Source of the DNA: Octopus vulgaris
Lineage: Eukaryota
Length of the DNA: 64,000 bases
Assembly: GCA_951406725.2 (NCBI GenBank)
Contig: OX597828.1
Coordinates: forward strand, 4,216,001-4,280,000
Reading direction: 5' to 3'
Shown here: positions 12,900 to 28,261 of the stretch, piece by piece
How positions within the stretch are numbered: the first letter of the stretch is position 1
Layout of the letters: every line of letters starts with the position of its first letter
Notes under the pieces: generated by a model
Database searches by the model: none
What the model was told of the DNA's origin: nothing
Seen by the model: only the letters and a program-made list of their open reading frames with translations
Made by a program: the position numbers and the translations under genes

Positions 12900-13500
12900 T
12901 TCTTGAAATCATATTCGCTGTTACCAATCTAATTATTTGTGGTCGACAAGGTGTCTGGAGGGTGAATTAAGGGGACTTTGTCTTCGCATGCTGATGTAGA
13001 GTGTAAGTTTAAAATGTTTTCACGTGTGCAACAAGAAATATTTACTGGTTGGTCGACTTATGGTTATACGTTTTCGTATTTGGAACACAAATATATATTT
13101 GGAAAGGTCTGTCTGGAAGCAGAATATCTCCTCATTGGAGATTTCTTTGGAGGAGAAGTGGCTAGAAATGTCGTACTAATGTGTACCATATGAACATGAA
13201 ATAAAATGTGAGGTAACAAGTTTGATGTCATACGCACACATATATAACACTCACGAACAGCAACACACACACACACACACACACACAACCCACACATACA
13301 CTCACACACGAGATTCTTCTTGGAGTTACAAAAGGGTTTCCAGATATCAGTTTCTAGGTTTAGAGGAACTTCTAGTAGGTTGACCATGTTTAGCATAGGA
13401 GCAAATGAAATTTTAAATCCTAGGTTAATAAAAAATATCTACCAGATTTTCTTAAGAATATATAGAACATATATATGACTGCCATACGATATCCACAATT
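12900..13500 (-). mobile_element. Degenerate PLE ORF remnant (RT thumb region)
   Basis: LNMVNLLEVPLNLETDIWKPF and SNLLPHIL resemble PLE VNFLDVTLDL..G.YKPY and SNHPP.I. Confidence 0.5.
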
Positions 13501-14286
13501 CATCGTTCCTGTATAAATCGATACAGTGTGTAGAGACTTTGTATTTCCATATATCTATAAAGTATTGGACTATCAGGTCGCACATATCAGATTTATCATT
13601 GTATTATTTAGAAAAAATGACAGAAAGATTAAAGTGGAATAGCTCCATATATAAACATTGCGACATTAGGTATAAAATTATAGTATGCACAAAAAAAGCC
13701 AAAAGCCAACAATAAAAAGCATATTGACAAATGAAACGACGGCATTCACACACATATCAGGTTATTAAACCAATATTTGAAAGCAGCCACCAACAGCGAT
13801 AACGAGAAACTAGTGATTGAAAGAGTGGACTCCAGTGAAACAAGTAAAAGATAAAAGATAAAGTATCCATTGTGGAAGGATCTGTGGTAATGTGTACCTA
13901 CATGTCTGGTAATTCGATAGTTCGGTAAGTTAAAATTGATTGATTAAATACTCACCCACTGAGAAATGATAATACTGCTCACGAATCGCGTACTTCAATT
14001 ACTGAGTTTAGCAAACAATGAACAATAAAAAAAAAGAAAAGAAAAAGTGCGTTCCTTTGGATTTTGATACCGATTCCATATAGCTGTTTTGCTTTGCTGT
14101 ACAAAACGAAATATACCAAGAAATCCATGTAGGAATACGTGTAGTGGAAAAAAATGTATATTATTAAAATAGAGAAGAAATGGTATTTACGCAGGATTAA
14201 AACACATTGGAGAGTGACCGAATAATACATACCATCGCCTGTGGAATGTATCTATGTAGGTATGTATCTTTCTATCCATATCGCTC

Positions 14287-14373
<87 letters not shown>

Positions 14374-14428
14374 CCAAAGAGACGCGCGTGCATATATATT
14401 TACGTAGCTGTATAGAAACACAGATATG

Positions 14429-14492
<64 letters not shown>

Positions 14493-14508
14493 GCATATAT
14501 ATATATAC

Positions 14509-14555
<47 letters not shown>

Positions 14556-14592
14556 GTACATACCTACATACATATATATATATATATATGCC

Positions 14593-14627
<35 letters not shown>

Positions 14628-15559
14628 TTGTGTTTGTGTGTATGTGTGCGTGTGTACCTGTGTGTGTGTATGTGATAGTGTGTAAACGTGATACGTGCTG
14701 GTATCTCTGGCTTGGTGTGAGCGAGTGGGCGTGGGATGTGTTTATGTGTGCACTGGTTATGTATATTTCGTTAATGGTAAAATCCTCAACATTTTAATTT
14801 GATGGCTGATGGTTTGGTGCACTCATCAACACGAATCAGATGAGGTGAGTAGTCGCACCAATTATTCTACCATATAAACTACCATTGGCCTGTCGATTTC
14901 CTGTCATGGACAGAAATGCAGCTGCAATTCGGACAATCTAATATACGCAACCATATGCTTAACTCACTGATTCATCGTCTGGAGCGGAAATTTTTCCGTT
15001 CACTGCTTAATTCCACTGAAGCGTAAGGAGAATGTTCGGGAACGCAGAGGAAAATTAGTGATTACATTGAATGTTGCACACACAAGACAAACATATAGAC
15101 ATAACCTGATACGAAGATAAACACGCAGAGTCTATCAAAATATTTTTTTATGTGGGATTTAATTTCATAATCACAAGTGTGGGATGAGAAGGTCGTAAAG
15201 TCTGTCTACACAAAACATTGATTATGTGATTATTATCACTTTACATCACGGGACTCTTTAAGAAGTAGATGATATGTCGAATATTCACTTTTGCTTAATG
15301 CCTGTTAAAATATAAGCCGATATCTTGAACTCTTTGGCTCAAATACGATTCGTATACAGCCATCGTGTCTGACGATTCCAAATCATGACTAAACGAAATG
15401 TATGAGGAATAGAAGCTTAGTTTCTAACAATATTTAATCTGGAAATAATTTTCCATAATATGATATTCGCTAACTATATACTTGTCTAGAGACCGATATG
15501 TTTAAGCATCAAAAACATTATAACTTAAGTATACAATACACTTGGGTCCTCAATTGATC

Positions 15560-15690
15560 TGTTTTATCCATATACCTGTGATATTTGAAATATCCTTGAT
15601 ATTTGAACTCAGAACGTAAATCCGGTAGAAGACGTTGTCACACGTTTTCATCAGATGCGCTAACAGCTCTGCCAACTCGCAGCTTTCTTG
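15560..15690 (-). mobile_element. SINE family A, old partial copy
   Basis: tttgaactcagaacgt ... cgctaacagctctgccaactcgc is the reverse complement of the family A head. Confidence 0.6.
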
Positions 15691-16719
15691 TAAACCGATA
15701 ATAAGAGATCAATAACAAAATTTTCCGAAAATTTGTACTTATGCAATTTTCCTTCCAATTTATTCTTACAAATAAATCTCATCCTTAATTCTTTTATCGT
15801 GAGATGCAAAGAAAAATGTCTTATATCCGAATCGTACATCAGTCGATATATATTCGTATTTCATTATACTACAAACACACTTACGATCTGAGCATTCTTT
15901 GAACACAGCTTCAATAAATAAATTATATTACCATCTTTTAAAACATCATATTGAGGTTTTCCTAATATATTATTTTTGGTACAGGTTTGAATATTAGGTT
16001 AATTTGATAAATTCACTGAGATCTCTTTGTTTGTGTCCAAACCAAATGGTTCAATCACCATATAACTTATAAAAAACAAAACAAAAAAAACATCTAATAT
16101 AAAATGTTTCGCAGAACACTATTGCAATGTTATGAACGGAATTGGAAATTATATAAAGACTTAATCTTTAACATCGCAAAGCTACGCATTCAAATTCTAT
16201 CGCTTAACAAATATTCACGTCATAGAAGTGAAGTGAAATCACAAATATATAATTGATGGCATCAGTATTGAACACAAGAAAAATTATTAAGTTCTTGCTT
16301 CCCCCGCTCCCCACTCTCTCTCCGGGAATGGTGAATAGAGATTTTTCGTTGTTTATGTTACAGATAAATTTGCACAAAATACTAAACGTTACTCTTATGT
16401 AACTAAAACCCGGCTATCTGATGAATTATCTTTCACGCTAACAATTTTATGCAGATAACTATAAAAACCGTTCTGAATAGACTACGTACCGCAAAGATAC
16501 TTGCAGGAAAAAAATTGTCTAAAATTATGCCACAAGCTGGAAACCTTGGCAACATAACTTTTGGTCACATAAGAGTAACTAGGTACAATCCGTTTAGACC
16601 TAGACAAAATTGATGTCAACTTATAAAATATAGAAGAAACTCTGTTCTCCATATTATCTGCTATATACATGGAATCAGCACAGTCCAACCCATATATATA
16701 TATATATATATATTATTTT

Positions 16720-17062
16720 CCAAATACGCCAGCTAAACTAAGTTAAACTGTCTAAAGTCGTAAGACACCCGCTGTTTTTGTCCTGTTATTACTATTATTG
16801 TTTTTTGTATTTATATTCGTGTGGCATCGTCCGTTTTTCTGTCCTTGTTTCGTATACTTTCGATCCTTTTCCAAGAAATCTAATGCTCGTAGCTTAGTTT
16901 TTCCTTGGGGCTGGCCGGATCGGAGCGATCTCAAGATTAATCAGCCGAAATTGCGAGGATGATCCGGTTCTTGACTGAAGATTAGAAGCTTCGAATGACC
17001 CGTCCGTTTTTTGTGTCGTCTATTTGAGTGTTTTGCGGTCTTGTCCCATTTTGCATTTTTAT
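16720..17062 (+). mobile_element. Short repeat ending in (TA)n (PLE-tail-like family C)
   Basis: Homologous to the reverse complement of 24001-24360. Contains a hammerhead-like CTGAAGA...ttcGAAT at 16975-16996. Confidence 0.7.
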
Positions 17063-17063
17063 A

Positions 17064-17133
<70 letters not shown>

Positions 17134-17716
17134 TCATATAACTGCAAGCAATATACACATCTGCATGCATATGAATATAAGTTTACAAGAAAAAATTTTA
17201 GAATAACAAAATGAACAGAAATATTACATATTGATATTTGATACAAATTAATAAAAATGGTAGTTGTATAAAGGTACACAGACTCTTTTGCTGACATTTT
17301 TTCTGTGGGGTTGGATACCGCTATTTGAGTGGATACTTGGTTGGTAGTATGTAGACAGCTTCTAAATATTTCTCGTTTAGCATTTACAGAATAGACAATA
17401 TTGAGCTCTACTTAATAAGTCACTTTGCTGCATCACAGAGACCACATCTGCTTTTTTTGCTTCTTTTCTGTTGATGCAATGTATAAAAAAACATTGTTCG
17501 ATATCTCAAATGTAAGATTGTGATGTTGCGTTTGGAATATGCTTGCTTGTTGAATTTTGCTTTAAAAATACTTTCTGGATGCTCATTATGCAAATATTGC
17601 TATCCATGACACATGATCTGAGGAATGTATCATATAGGCCCTGTATTACAGACACTATTCGGAGGCCACACTTGTCTATTTCTAAGTGAGCAGCTGGCTT
17701 TTCTAAGTTTCTCTAA

Positions 17717-19287
17717 TCTCTCTATATATAAAACTGAGAATGTGTGTGTGTCTGTCTGTGTGTCTGTCTGATTGTCTGTGTGTTTCTCTAAAACTTGAGA
17801 ACTACACAACCAATTTCATTTAAATTTTACACATGCCTTACTTAGGGTCAATGTATTTTGATGGGCAAAAATTGTTCAACTTCTTGCCAAGGGCGAGCCC
17901 ATAGCAATATTATATCTTCTCCACTATTTTAGTATTACGTGTTAAAAGTGAAACAAAAACATTTCTCTATTTTATGTCAGGTACTTTCACTTTAACAATA
18001 AAAATTAGAGATAATAATAACAATTGAATTATATGTAGTAAGTAATAATTAAAATCAAACTAAAGTATAATATAATCGTAACATAAGAAAAGTAAAAATA
18101 GCAATTGGTATAAAATTGCATCAATGACTTGAACTTGAATAAGTGGTTTCACATGAATGGGAATAAATCAAAAATAACATTAGCGTGCAGAAATGGAATA
18201 GCTCAGATGGAGCTGTGCACATACTGTTCCCGCGGCTTTTACATTAGATTATCTGCTAATTAGCTAGCATTAAGTATCTATATGAAGTTTGGCTGTATGT
18301 AATGTCTGTTTTCTCGAACAGCCGCTTCTACTGAGTACTGCTGTTGGTTTATTTCTTATACATAAAGGACTATAGCTTCAACTGCGTACTGCTTTTTGAT
18401 TCACCGTAAGGCTTGTTGTTATTATTATTACTGTTTAACTATTGTTATCACGTTCGTTGGTTCCTCGCATGGGTAACGTTGTTGTGTTGCATTTGTTAAA
18501 TAATTGTAAACTGTAACCCTCCCCCTTTGGGAGAAGGAGCTTTGGTTATTGTTTAAAAATTGAATTGTGTCCCTGTTTGGAGAAATTGACAATATTTTCA
18601 CCGTTTACACGGAAGCATTTTTATTAGAATGCCTTCGATAGAAGAAAGTCCAAAAAGGAATTTCGCTGCTGCCGTCGGCGGGCGCGAACTCGTTAAAATT
18701 AAAATGGAAGAAATAATAACCTATTTCGGATTGATCACCGACAGAGACGGTGAATCTAGGATAACACCACCAAACGAAATAAAAAATTAAATTAAAGAAA
18801 AGACTATTGTAGAGAAAAAAATAGATTTGAACACCTGGAGGAAAGCACCATCGAAAAGTGTCTTGGTGCGACTATGAAAGATATCTAACCAGAGTCGGTA
18901 AATTCGCTACAAGGTTCGAGTCAACGGAGCGCGCAAGGGAGTACTTGACTCGAACCTTGCAAAGTGGAAATATTATATTTTTATCTTTATATTTGGGACG
19001 TAGGACGTCCCGGATAAAAATGTTAAATGTTCCCCCAAAAGTAGATGTAGGCTGGATCGTAGCCACATTTCTATACAATTGCAAGTGACGGGTCTACAAT
19101 TCCAGTCTGTTATATATTTTGAGTATTGTTATCACTAGCGATATCAAGATATAACTTTGTATTTTGTATTTTATGTGTAGATGTATATATATATATATAG
19201 ATGTACATGTAATATGTACACACATATATATACACATATATACGTGCACTAGCACTATGACCCGGCAACGACGGGTCATAATGCTAG
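17717..19287 (+). mobile_element. Non-autonomous Helitron
   Basis: A|TC 5' start followed by tatatataaaa and (TGTC)n. Subterminal hairpin tatgacccg-gcaacga-cgggtcata (19256-19280), CTAG|T 3' end, no TSD. Confidence 0.8.
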
Positions 19288-19944
19288 TTGATATATATTC
19301 ATGTGAAAATATAGTTTGGAACATGTAATGATACTAAAAAAACAGCTATATCTTGTATCTGTTGAAAAACTTCCAGTGATTGTGATTAACCGTAAAATTG
19401 TTCTGTTAACATTATGAAGATTTTGCGCGTTGGGTGCGATGTGTTCAGAGTAATGGGGCAAAGCAGGTGATGATGTGTTGTATATTCCTTTTAAGTGGTT
19501 CTGTGGTATGGGTGTAACTAACAGTGCTACTTCGAGAAAAAAATATCATTGTTGGATGTGACGTTAGATATTCTTTTGCTGATACATTAACATAAATTTT
19601 ACAGACTAAGGTATTGGTAGGGTGCTACATCGATGTAAGTCATCCGGTCATTTGCCGTCTTGGAAGACTTTTAGATGTCGGTAAGCATTTCTAGTGGCAC
19701 ATCTAGGAAATTGAAACTGTTAGGTTACTAAATAAGTTGATCCCTAGACAGTAGTACTTAAGTACCTGAATAATATTTGTCCCTTTTGTATTAAGCAGGA
19801 ATAAACCACTCAGGCCTCATATATCAGCTCCTTTGTAGAACTCAACGCCTGTCTCGGATCATTTGACCTATTGAGAACCCTCGATAAGAAGCAAGGTTTT
19901 CTAGCATGGAAGGTCATCTACAATTTTTCTTTCTTTATACCTTT

Positions 19945-20332
19945 ATTTGTTTCAGTCATATGCCTGCGGCCATGTTGGAGCAACACCTTTAGTCGAAGAA
20001 ATTGACTCCAGGACTTTGTCTTTGTAAGCTTAGTACTTATTCTATCGCCCTCGTTTACATAGCAGCTAAGTTACGGGGACATAAAAACACCAACATCAGT
20101 TGTCAAGCGATGGTGGCGGGGGGCAAACACAAATACACTCACGCACACACACGTACACACACATGTATATATGAGATGTGTCTTTCAGTTTCCGTCTACC
20201 AAATCCACTCGCGAGGCTTTGGTCGGCTCGTGGCTATTGTAGAAGACACTTGGCCAAGGGGCCATGCAGTGGGACTGAACCCAGAACCATGTGGTTGGGA
20301 AGCAAGCTTCTTACCACACAGCCACTCCTGCG
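19945..20332 (-). mobile_element. SINE family B
   Basis: Reverse complement of the head, CORE-like block and tail of the 10148 copy. Confidence 0.88.
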
Positions 20333-22273
20333 GTTATGAGGGTGAATATTGTTGTAGTGTTATGTGCTGTGATTATAAAAACAGATTCTTACAGTTAAGT
20401 TAAGCAGAGTTAAATTGTACAGTGACATGTTTTGGGTAACATCGTGATTTTCAAGTAACAGTCTCACACAGTATCTGTCAAACGTTGCCCCTGGAGTAGT
20501 TTACCGAACGCCAGCCATACTTCATACCCATTCCTAACTGGAAAACTGGAAGAGCTCTATTTAACCGTCAATATTTGTATACTGTAGTCAGTATATTCCT
20601 CCATTCGAAAAACAATGGCGTCTGATTCACTTGTCTAATTCACTGTAAATCGCTACACAGACACATACTCACACTCTCTCCTATGAAATTATATGCCTGT
20701 ATCTACAAACCAGATATATAAACATACTCTACATGTACTATCAACTGATAAAAATTTACTACGGAGAACCTTTCAGAGAAGTTGCCGTGATGGTATCTAT
20801 TCAATAGTATTAGGAAATCACGCTCCCCCTATGTGTAGTTCTATGTGTGGATTTTGTGTGTTTACAGGTTTATGTTGGGATGTATCTGTTTGGGCGTGTG
20901 AGCGAGTATGTGCATATTTCTGTTCAAAAATGTTTAGAAATCTCATTCATCAAAATGGGCTTATATCACGAGGAAGTACTTGTGTTTTGGATAACGCTTC
21001 ATTCGATCAACATAACCAGAATATTTGATTGCCAGAAAAATATAAATTTCAGATATTGCCAAGTTTAATACTCCTGTAACAAATCTATCATACCTAAATG
21101 ATACACACATCCACACAGACATAGACACACACAGACAGAGACACACACACATATACACACACATACACACACACACGCGCGCTCACACACACACACACAC
21201 AAACGCACGCACACACGCATATACATATAGATGCACAAGTACAAACACATACACACACATAGATGCATATGCATCTGTATACCTGTCTATTTGTCTCTTT
21301 TTCTCTCTATCCTCTCTTTCTCTCTTCGTATATACATATATGGTTATTTATTATCATAAGGTATGCATGTACATGTATACGACTCTTTTCGTCGCGATCT
21401 GTCTCCTTTCCTCACTCTCTCTCTAATGCTGCGTGATGTGATATATAACAGATCCAGGGAGTATACTTCTAATCAAATTTCCTTTTTTTTTATCCTGATT
21501 TGTGACAAACACATTTACAAATTCAGTCATATAAATTATTTCTCATTATTTAAATGGAAATCCAGCAGCACTATTTAGAGTTGATATACATTTCACAACT
21601 TGTGTGTATTTTTAAAAATATAAACGAATAACCGTCGATATACTGTCACTCCATATGTTTAAAAAAACATTTTGATATTTCATACCCGATAATATTAAAG
21701 TGTATGCAAATAATTGTCGTTTCAACTCACAACTGAAGTTCTAACGGTGTTTTTAATATTATCATTAAAATGCAACTGTCAGGTTTTAAGTGTTTTAAGA
21801 GGGAAAATATTCAATTTAATGAAATATGTATCCATCAACTTGCTACTTATTAAAGCTTCATATTTACTTATGTACAAATGTAAATGGTATGAGTGGTAGG
21901 GAATCGCGTAAATTTCCGTTTGGTGTTACTTGCATCTCTTTATTTTCGTTTAGTTTTCAGGGTTTCCCGAAATGCTATCCTAAAATAATTAGAAGCCAAA
22001 TGGTAACATTGATTTCAGCTCATGGTCTCTGTATTAATTTAAAGAAAAATTTCATTGATTATGTCTTCTGTCGGATGGGGAGGGAGAAACTGGAGAAACT
22101 AGTAGAATACTTTTTCGCTCACGATATTGCAGAAGATGCAAGAAATACGAAATTCAAAATTACAACCTTTAAAAAATTCGAATGCCGCGCGCATCTTGCA
22201 GTTCTCGATGCATACATACATATATACATACATAGTACATATATACATGCATGCATGCATACATACATACATA

Positions 22274-22324
<51 letters not shown>

Positions 22325-22550
22325 CCTCTTCACTCGGAAACCTCCAACGGATCCCTGACTCCGAGTTCAGCAGTGGACTTGGAACTTAACGGATGTCGGT
22401 TTATAGCACTTACGGGGTGAGAGGAGACCGATCGGGTCGAAAAGAGTCGTATACATGTACATGCATACCTTATGATATAGCACTACCTATTTGTTTACAT
22501 CATCAGTGAAATAACCTCCCCCCCATATTCTATATATTTGCGTACATACA

Positions 22551-22590
<40 letters not shown>

Positions 22591-22591
22591 T

Positions 22592-22741
22592 GGTAACGAT
22601 TGAAATGCTTTTATTTTTCATTCCCTTTGAAATTACTCATATCCTTGTTTTGGGGGCTTAACTGCCCTTTTCAGCATGTAAGGTGTCCTGTTAGGCTCAC
22701 CTCTTTTGTGTATAAAAATATACACTAATTTATATGAAAAA
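22592..22741 (+). repeat. ~150-bp diverged direct repeat, copy 1 (copy 2 at 23801-23940)
   Basis: Shared blocks attgaaatg, tttttcattccctttga, tgcccttttcagcatgtaaggtg and ctaatttatatgaaa. Confidence 0.85.
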
Positions 22742-22751
22742 TATGTTGTCT

Positions 22752-23502
<751 letters not shown>

Positions 23503-23937
23503 TATGTTGTCTGGTGACTCTATTATACATGCTAGCCACAGGTAGAATATATCTGTAAATTCTCCACCCTAAATATTTACATAGTAACATTTTTCATAAT
23601 TTTGAAGAATGTTGGTACATAATTTTTATTTGCGGTCGATTGTAACTGAGTTTGCGCAGTGGATTTGAAAAATGAATATAGATGGAGCATGCGTGTCTTC
23701 AGTGTTCTACAAATATACGTTAATTATAGCGGTCATGCTGTGAGACACGGATGGCAAATTATTTTATTTGTTCATTGATGTCAAAACTCGAGTATGTGCG
23801 GTAACTATTGAAATGTTTATTTTTCATTCCCTTTGATATTACTCTTATCAGTGGTGTTTCATTGCCCTTTTCAGCATGTAAGGTGACCTGTTAGGGTCAC
23901 TCTTTTGTGTACAGAAATGAACTCTAATTTATATGAA

Positions 23938-24000
<63 letters not shown>

Positions 24001-24003
<3 letters not shown>

Positions 24004-24420
24004 GCAAACTGGGACAAGAACGTAAGACATTTAGAAGACGATACAAAAAACACGGACGGGACATTCGAAGCCTTCAATCTTCACTCAAGAACCGGATCAT
24101 ACTCGCAATTTCGGCTGATTAATCTTGAGATTGCTCCAATCTGGCCAGCCCCAACGAAAAACTAAGCTAAACGCCTTAGATTCCTTGGAAGAAAGCTTCG
24201 AATGTATACAAAACACGGACGGAAAAACGGACGATGTTACACGAATATGAATACAAAAATAATACGTAGAAAACAATAATAATAATAATAACAATAACAG
24301 CACATCACAAACAGGCGTCTTTCGACTTAGACGAATTAAGCTCAGCTGGCGTGTTAGGAATGTGCCTTGGGGCATAGAAAAAATGTTGATGTTACCACGA
24401 CCGCTGCCAGAACCAAAAGG
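24001..24420 (-). mobile_element. PLE-tail-like family C copy
   Basis: Reverse-complement homology to 16720-17062. Abuts (TA)n at 23941-24000. Confidence 0.7.
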
Positions 24421-24721
24421 GCAGTTGTCGGTCAGTCAGTCACGTGTGAAGAGAAGAGGGAGGAAAAGAGGGACAGAGAAATTAAGGAGGGGGAGAAGAG
24501 AGAGAAAAAGAGGAACAAGGAATTAAGGAGAAGGAGAAGAGAGAGAGAGCGAGAAAAAGAGACAGGGACAAAGTGAAGTGCAAAGTAAGAAAGGCAAAGT
24601 AATATAGGAACGGGGGGTGAGAGACAGTATTGATGAGTCGTACCAAGTTTAGAGAAATGTGTACTTACATATAAGAGAGAGGGTACGTACGTCGCTATAT
24701 ATATATATTTATATATATAAA

Positions 24722-26460
24722 GGGAAATAGATTTAGCGATTGGAATAACCGTCTAAGGTATAAAAATATCCCTACTTACTATCGGTATCAATTACATATA
24801 TTAACCCTGGGCATGGGTATGCAAACACACTATGCACATAGGGTACAGGTAATAACAAAATAAACAAGTGTTTATCAGGAATCAAATTTAAAATAAGTAG
24901 AAAATTGTGGAAACTACTGATCAATAAACAAATTGACCAGCATCGGTTAATTATTTTTTAATACAAAACTTAACATTGCTTACGGCCGTTTCAGCTACCA
25001 ATGTCAGTCGGTGCCTATAAAGAAAATTCAAAATTAATATTCGTTATTTCTATAGCACATTCGATCCAGCACATGGAGCTGCATCAGAGTGAATACAATA
25101 CATAAAATAAAAAAAAAGGAAGAGGGAAGAGGAAATAACAGGACGTAGAGATGAGGCAAGAAGGCTCAATAAATTAGAATCACACCATTTTTGAGTGTGA
25201 AGCTTGAAGTCGATGGGCAGAAGAGTAAACTAACAAATAATATAGAAAAATAATTGGTGGGTTATCTCTTTTTATAGGGGTACCAGGATGAATAAATAAC
25301 TTTCTGGCAATAAAAGGGAGACTACTGTTAGGGGAGGTGGTTACCAGTGCAACATCTTAAATAGCCAGCATATTTCCCCTGTGGTAGTTACACTAGACAA
25401 AGAAATATATTGTCTACATTGAGTGCATTCTGCCTCTTAGACATACAACAGGGCAAAAGTACAAAACAACCCCATATAGTTAAACGATTACAAATTAAAT
25501 TACTTACTAATTACCTATTACCGTTTACTAAATCTTACTTAATATAAATCGTAATATATAATGAATATAGGATTGTTTGTATTAATAGACTTGTTATATT
25601 AACTCTTGCGTGGATGCAGCCATATTGGGTCTACCACAAATGTTTACATCCATTCATGCCCAATAGGCCTAAGGGTAATAATAGCTCATAGGAAGGCGTC
25701 TACTGCAGTGCCAAATATAGACATATACAATGTAGAGATGTGTGCAGCTAATATTAAGTAGTTAAAATTAAGTTATGTTCCACGGGGTTGAGGTTGACTT
25801 GTCCCTAAATGGGTAAGTCTAATTGGGTCCACAATAAATGGATGTAGACCAGTATGCTGGCTGAAAAATAAGTCGAGGTTGAAGCTAGTGCGAACAAGCT
25901 CACCTATGGCATAAAGGGTTCAGGTAAGTAAAATTAGTTGCCAGTACAACGCTAATTGAGATGGCGGGTAAGGCTCCCTTGGGGGAGGGGGTAATCATTG
26001 GGGGTTAAGTACTAATGTCTCCTGTATACCGAATTAGGTTCATGATTGAAAGAACTGTCTATGTTAAAGGGGGTGAGTAGGCTATATTAAAGAGGAATGA
26101 CTTAATATATATATATGTATATTATGTAATTATTTCTTATGGGTAGGGAGGTGAGATTTAAACTCGGATACGTTGGATTGGGATATTACTATTGGAACAC
26201 CCATAGTGGATCCAGGTATGTAATGCTACTAAACTAGCTTTAATTTAAGAGTTTATATATGCCTTCATTTAATATGAAGAACTATTATTTCTGTGGTGAA
26301 GGCCTCTGGATGATATTTTTGGGGATGGAGCAAGGATCACTAATGCTATTTATATTTAGCGGGGGCAAACTTCCCCTTGTGCCTGGCAGGCTCTCTTTCT
26401 CTCTTCCATCAAGTTAAGTAATGGGTGTTATGCTGCTAGTATGAAGAATATTTCATTGAT
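24722..26460. mobile_element. Degenerate PLE: inverted tail (minus, 24722-25010) followed by plus-strand RT remnants
   Basis: Tail homologous to the 1113-1890 arms, with CTGAC...GAAA-cggccg-TA on the minus strand. Plus-strand GLPQMF (cf. GLPKIH), ITIGTP (cf. TAMGTP) and W*RPLDDIFG (cf. WWRYIDDIF) are weak matches. Confidence 0.45.
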
Positions 26461-26501
26461 GCATATTTCATACTAGCGTGTTACGGAATATACATATACA
26501 T

Positions 26502-26556
<55 letters not shown>

Positions 26557-28223
26557 ATATTCCCTACTTGATTGACTCTGAGCCTCTAAGCATAAGATAC
26601 TTCGAGCCTCGATCAGGTCAATTGAAGGGAATATTGTAAAGGAGATGTTAAGGTTGTTGATTAGTGTAATTGCGAGAGCATCAGACAAATGTTTATGCAG
26701 TATGTTATAAACTTGAGATCATCTTTGCCTTCAATCCTTTTGTGATCGATAAAATATGATATTATCCACTAACATCCTGTCCTGAAAACTTTGGGTTTAT
26801 GGGCTTAACTTAGAATCTATTACATGATAAATTTTTAATTTAGTTCACTTCAAATGCGAGTGAGAAATAATTCTCTCTACATTCAGCGCACAAATTATCC
26901 CAATGATAATTCATAAATATTGTCAATAAATAGCGGTATGTCAATAAATAGCTTCTCAATATTCAAATGGAAGCAAATATTTGTGTAATATTCAAATGAG
27001 CAAAACATACATAAATACTTATTTTTAAAGAGCAAGTTGCTATGTTCGAGGATATTAATATACTTAACCAGTTTCTAGCGGGTACAGCATTTCATTTATG
27101 CGAAGCAGTCATTTCTCATTTCTTTGGGATTTAATGGGTTACATGTCTATTGTGATTGATATATTAGTTTGCATGGACAAAATTTTCAGTGAATAACACT
27201 AACGTAATATTTCGTACGCACGCATCTATACACATGTGGAAGTGAATATACACATATGAATGTGAAATTATACATAAATATATTCCATGCACAACAACAG
27301 TTATATCGAATCCTGATATCTATCGACTGGTAATAATAATCCATTGCAGTATCTGTTTTCTTTTTCTGCTACTCTCAAGGGCAGACATTTCTTTATTTCT
27401 AAAGTTTCTCTCACCTACGCATATGCTTCTTGGAGACATATTAAATCACGTTATTCTAGATTTCCTTGCATTTTATTTCTTATGAATGGAAATGCTCATT
27501 ATTCCAGTCCATACGCATTCAGTATTTTCTCAAAGTACCAGTAACCTCAACTGTAAAAGCTCAACAAAATTGTTTACCGTGTAGCAATCTTATGCACGCG
27601 ATGGAACAACAATCACCATATCTCACAGAAAGACACGCATTAAATATAACAGCAATTGAAAAAGAAGCTATGTACAAAGATACGTATCCTTGTTATAATT
27701 ATATGTCCACGCCTACAATTTTCATTCTAAGAAGGAAACCATCTACATCAGTGATTATTTTTTTTCTTTTAGCCTAGGCATTATTGCTGACAACATAACT
27801 TCTACTGAGAGAAGCATCTCATCACTTCTTGTGCTAATTATCTCTTATTTTCTCTCCTTTATAAATGAATTATTTGCATGAGACAACTGCTCGTCAGGAC
27901 CCTGGACCAAATGAGGCGTCAAAGCAATAAAATTTCCTTCTGTGACAGCTGCAAACGCGTTTTTCCGTATTACAAGCCAACGAAATAATTCAGCTCCCCA
28001 CCCACTTAAACTAAATGAAGATTACTGATTCATATTTACTCATTATCCTTAGTTCCACTTTAATATTTCTTACGTCTTGCTAATTTTGTTTTGTTTTTTC
28101 TTTCAGGTCATCTTATTCATTTTCCAAGAATGTAACCCTGTTTTTTTTTATTATGGTATATTTGAAATAGTTCACATATTTATTGATCTTTCACCACCAC
28201 CACCACCTCATCCACATCCTTCC

Positions 28224-28261
<38 letters not shown>

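Noticed and set aside
14800-14850. Possible exon ending in gag|gtgagt
   Set aside because: No clear acceptor, reading frame or neighbouring exons.
19340-19900. Possible minus-strand PLE RT remnant (WMTYIDV); a similar hint at 8480-9060
   Set aside because: Motif similarity is too weak to call without a profile search.
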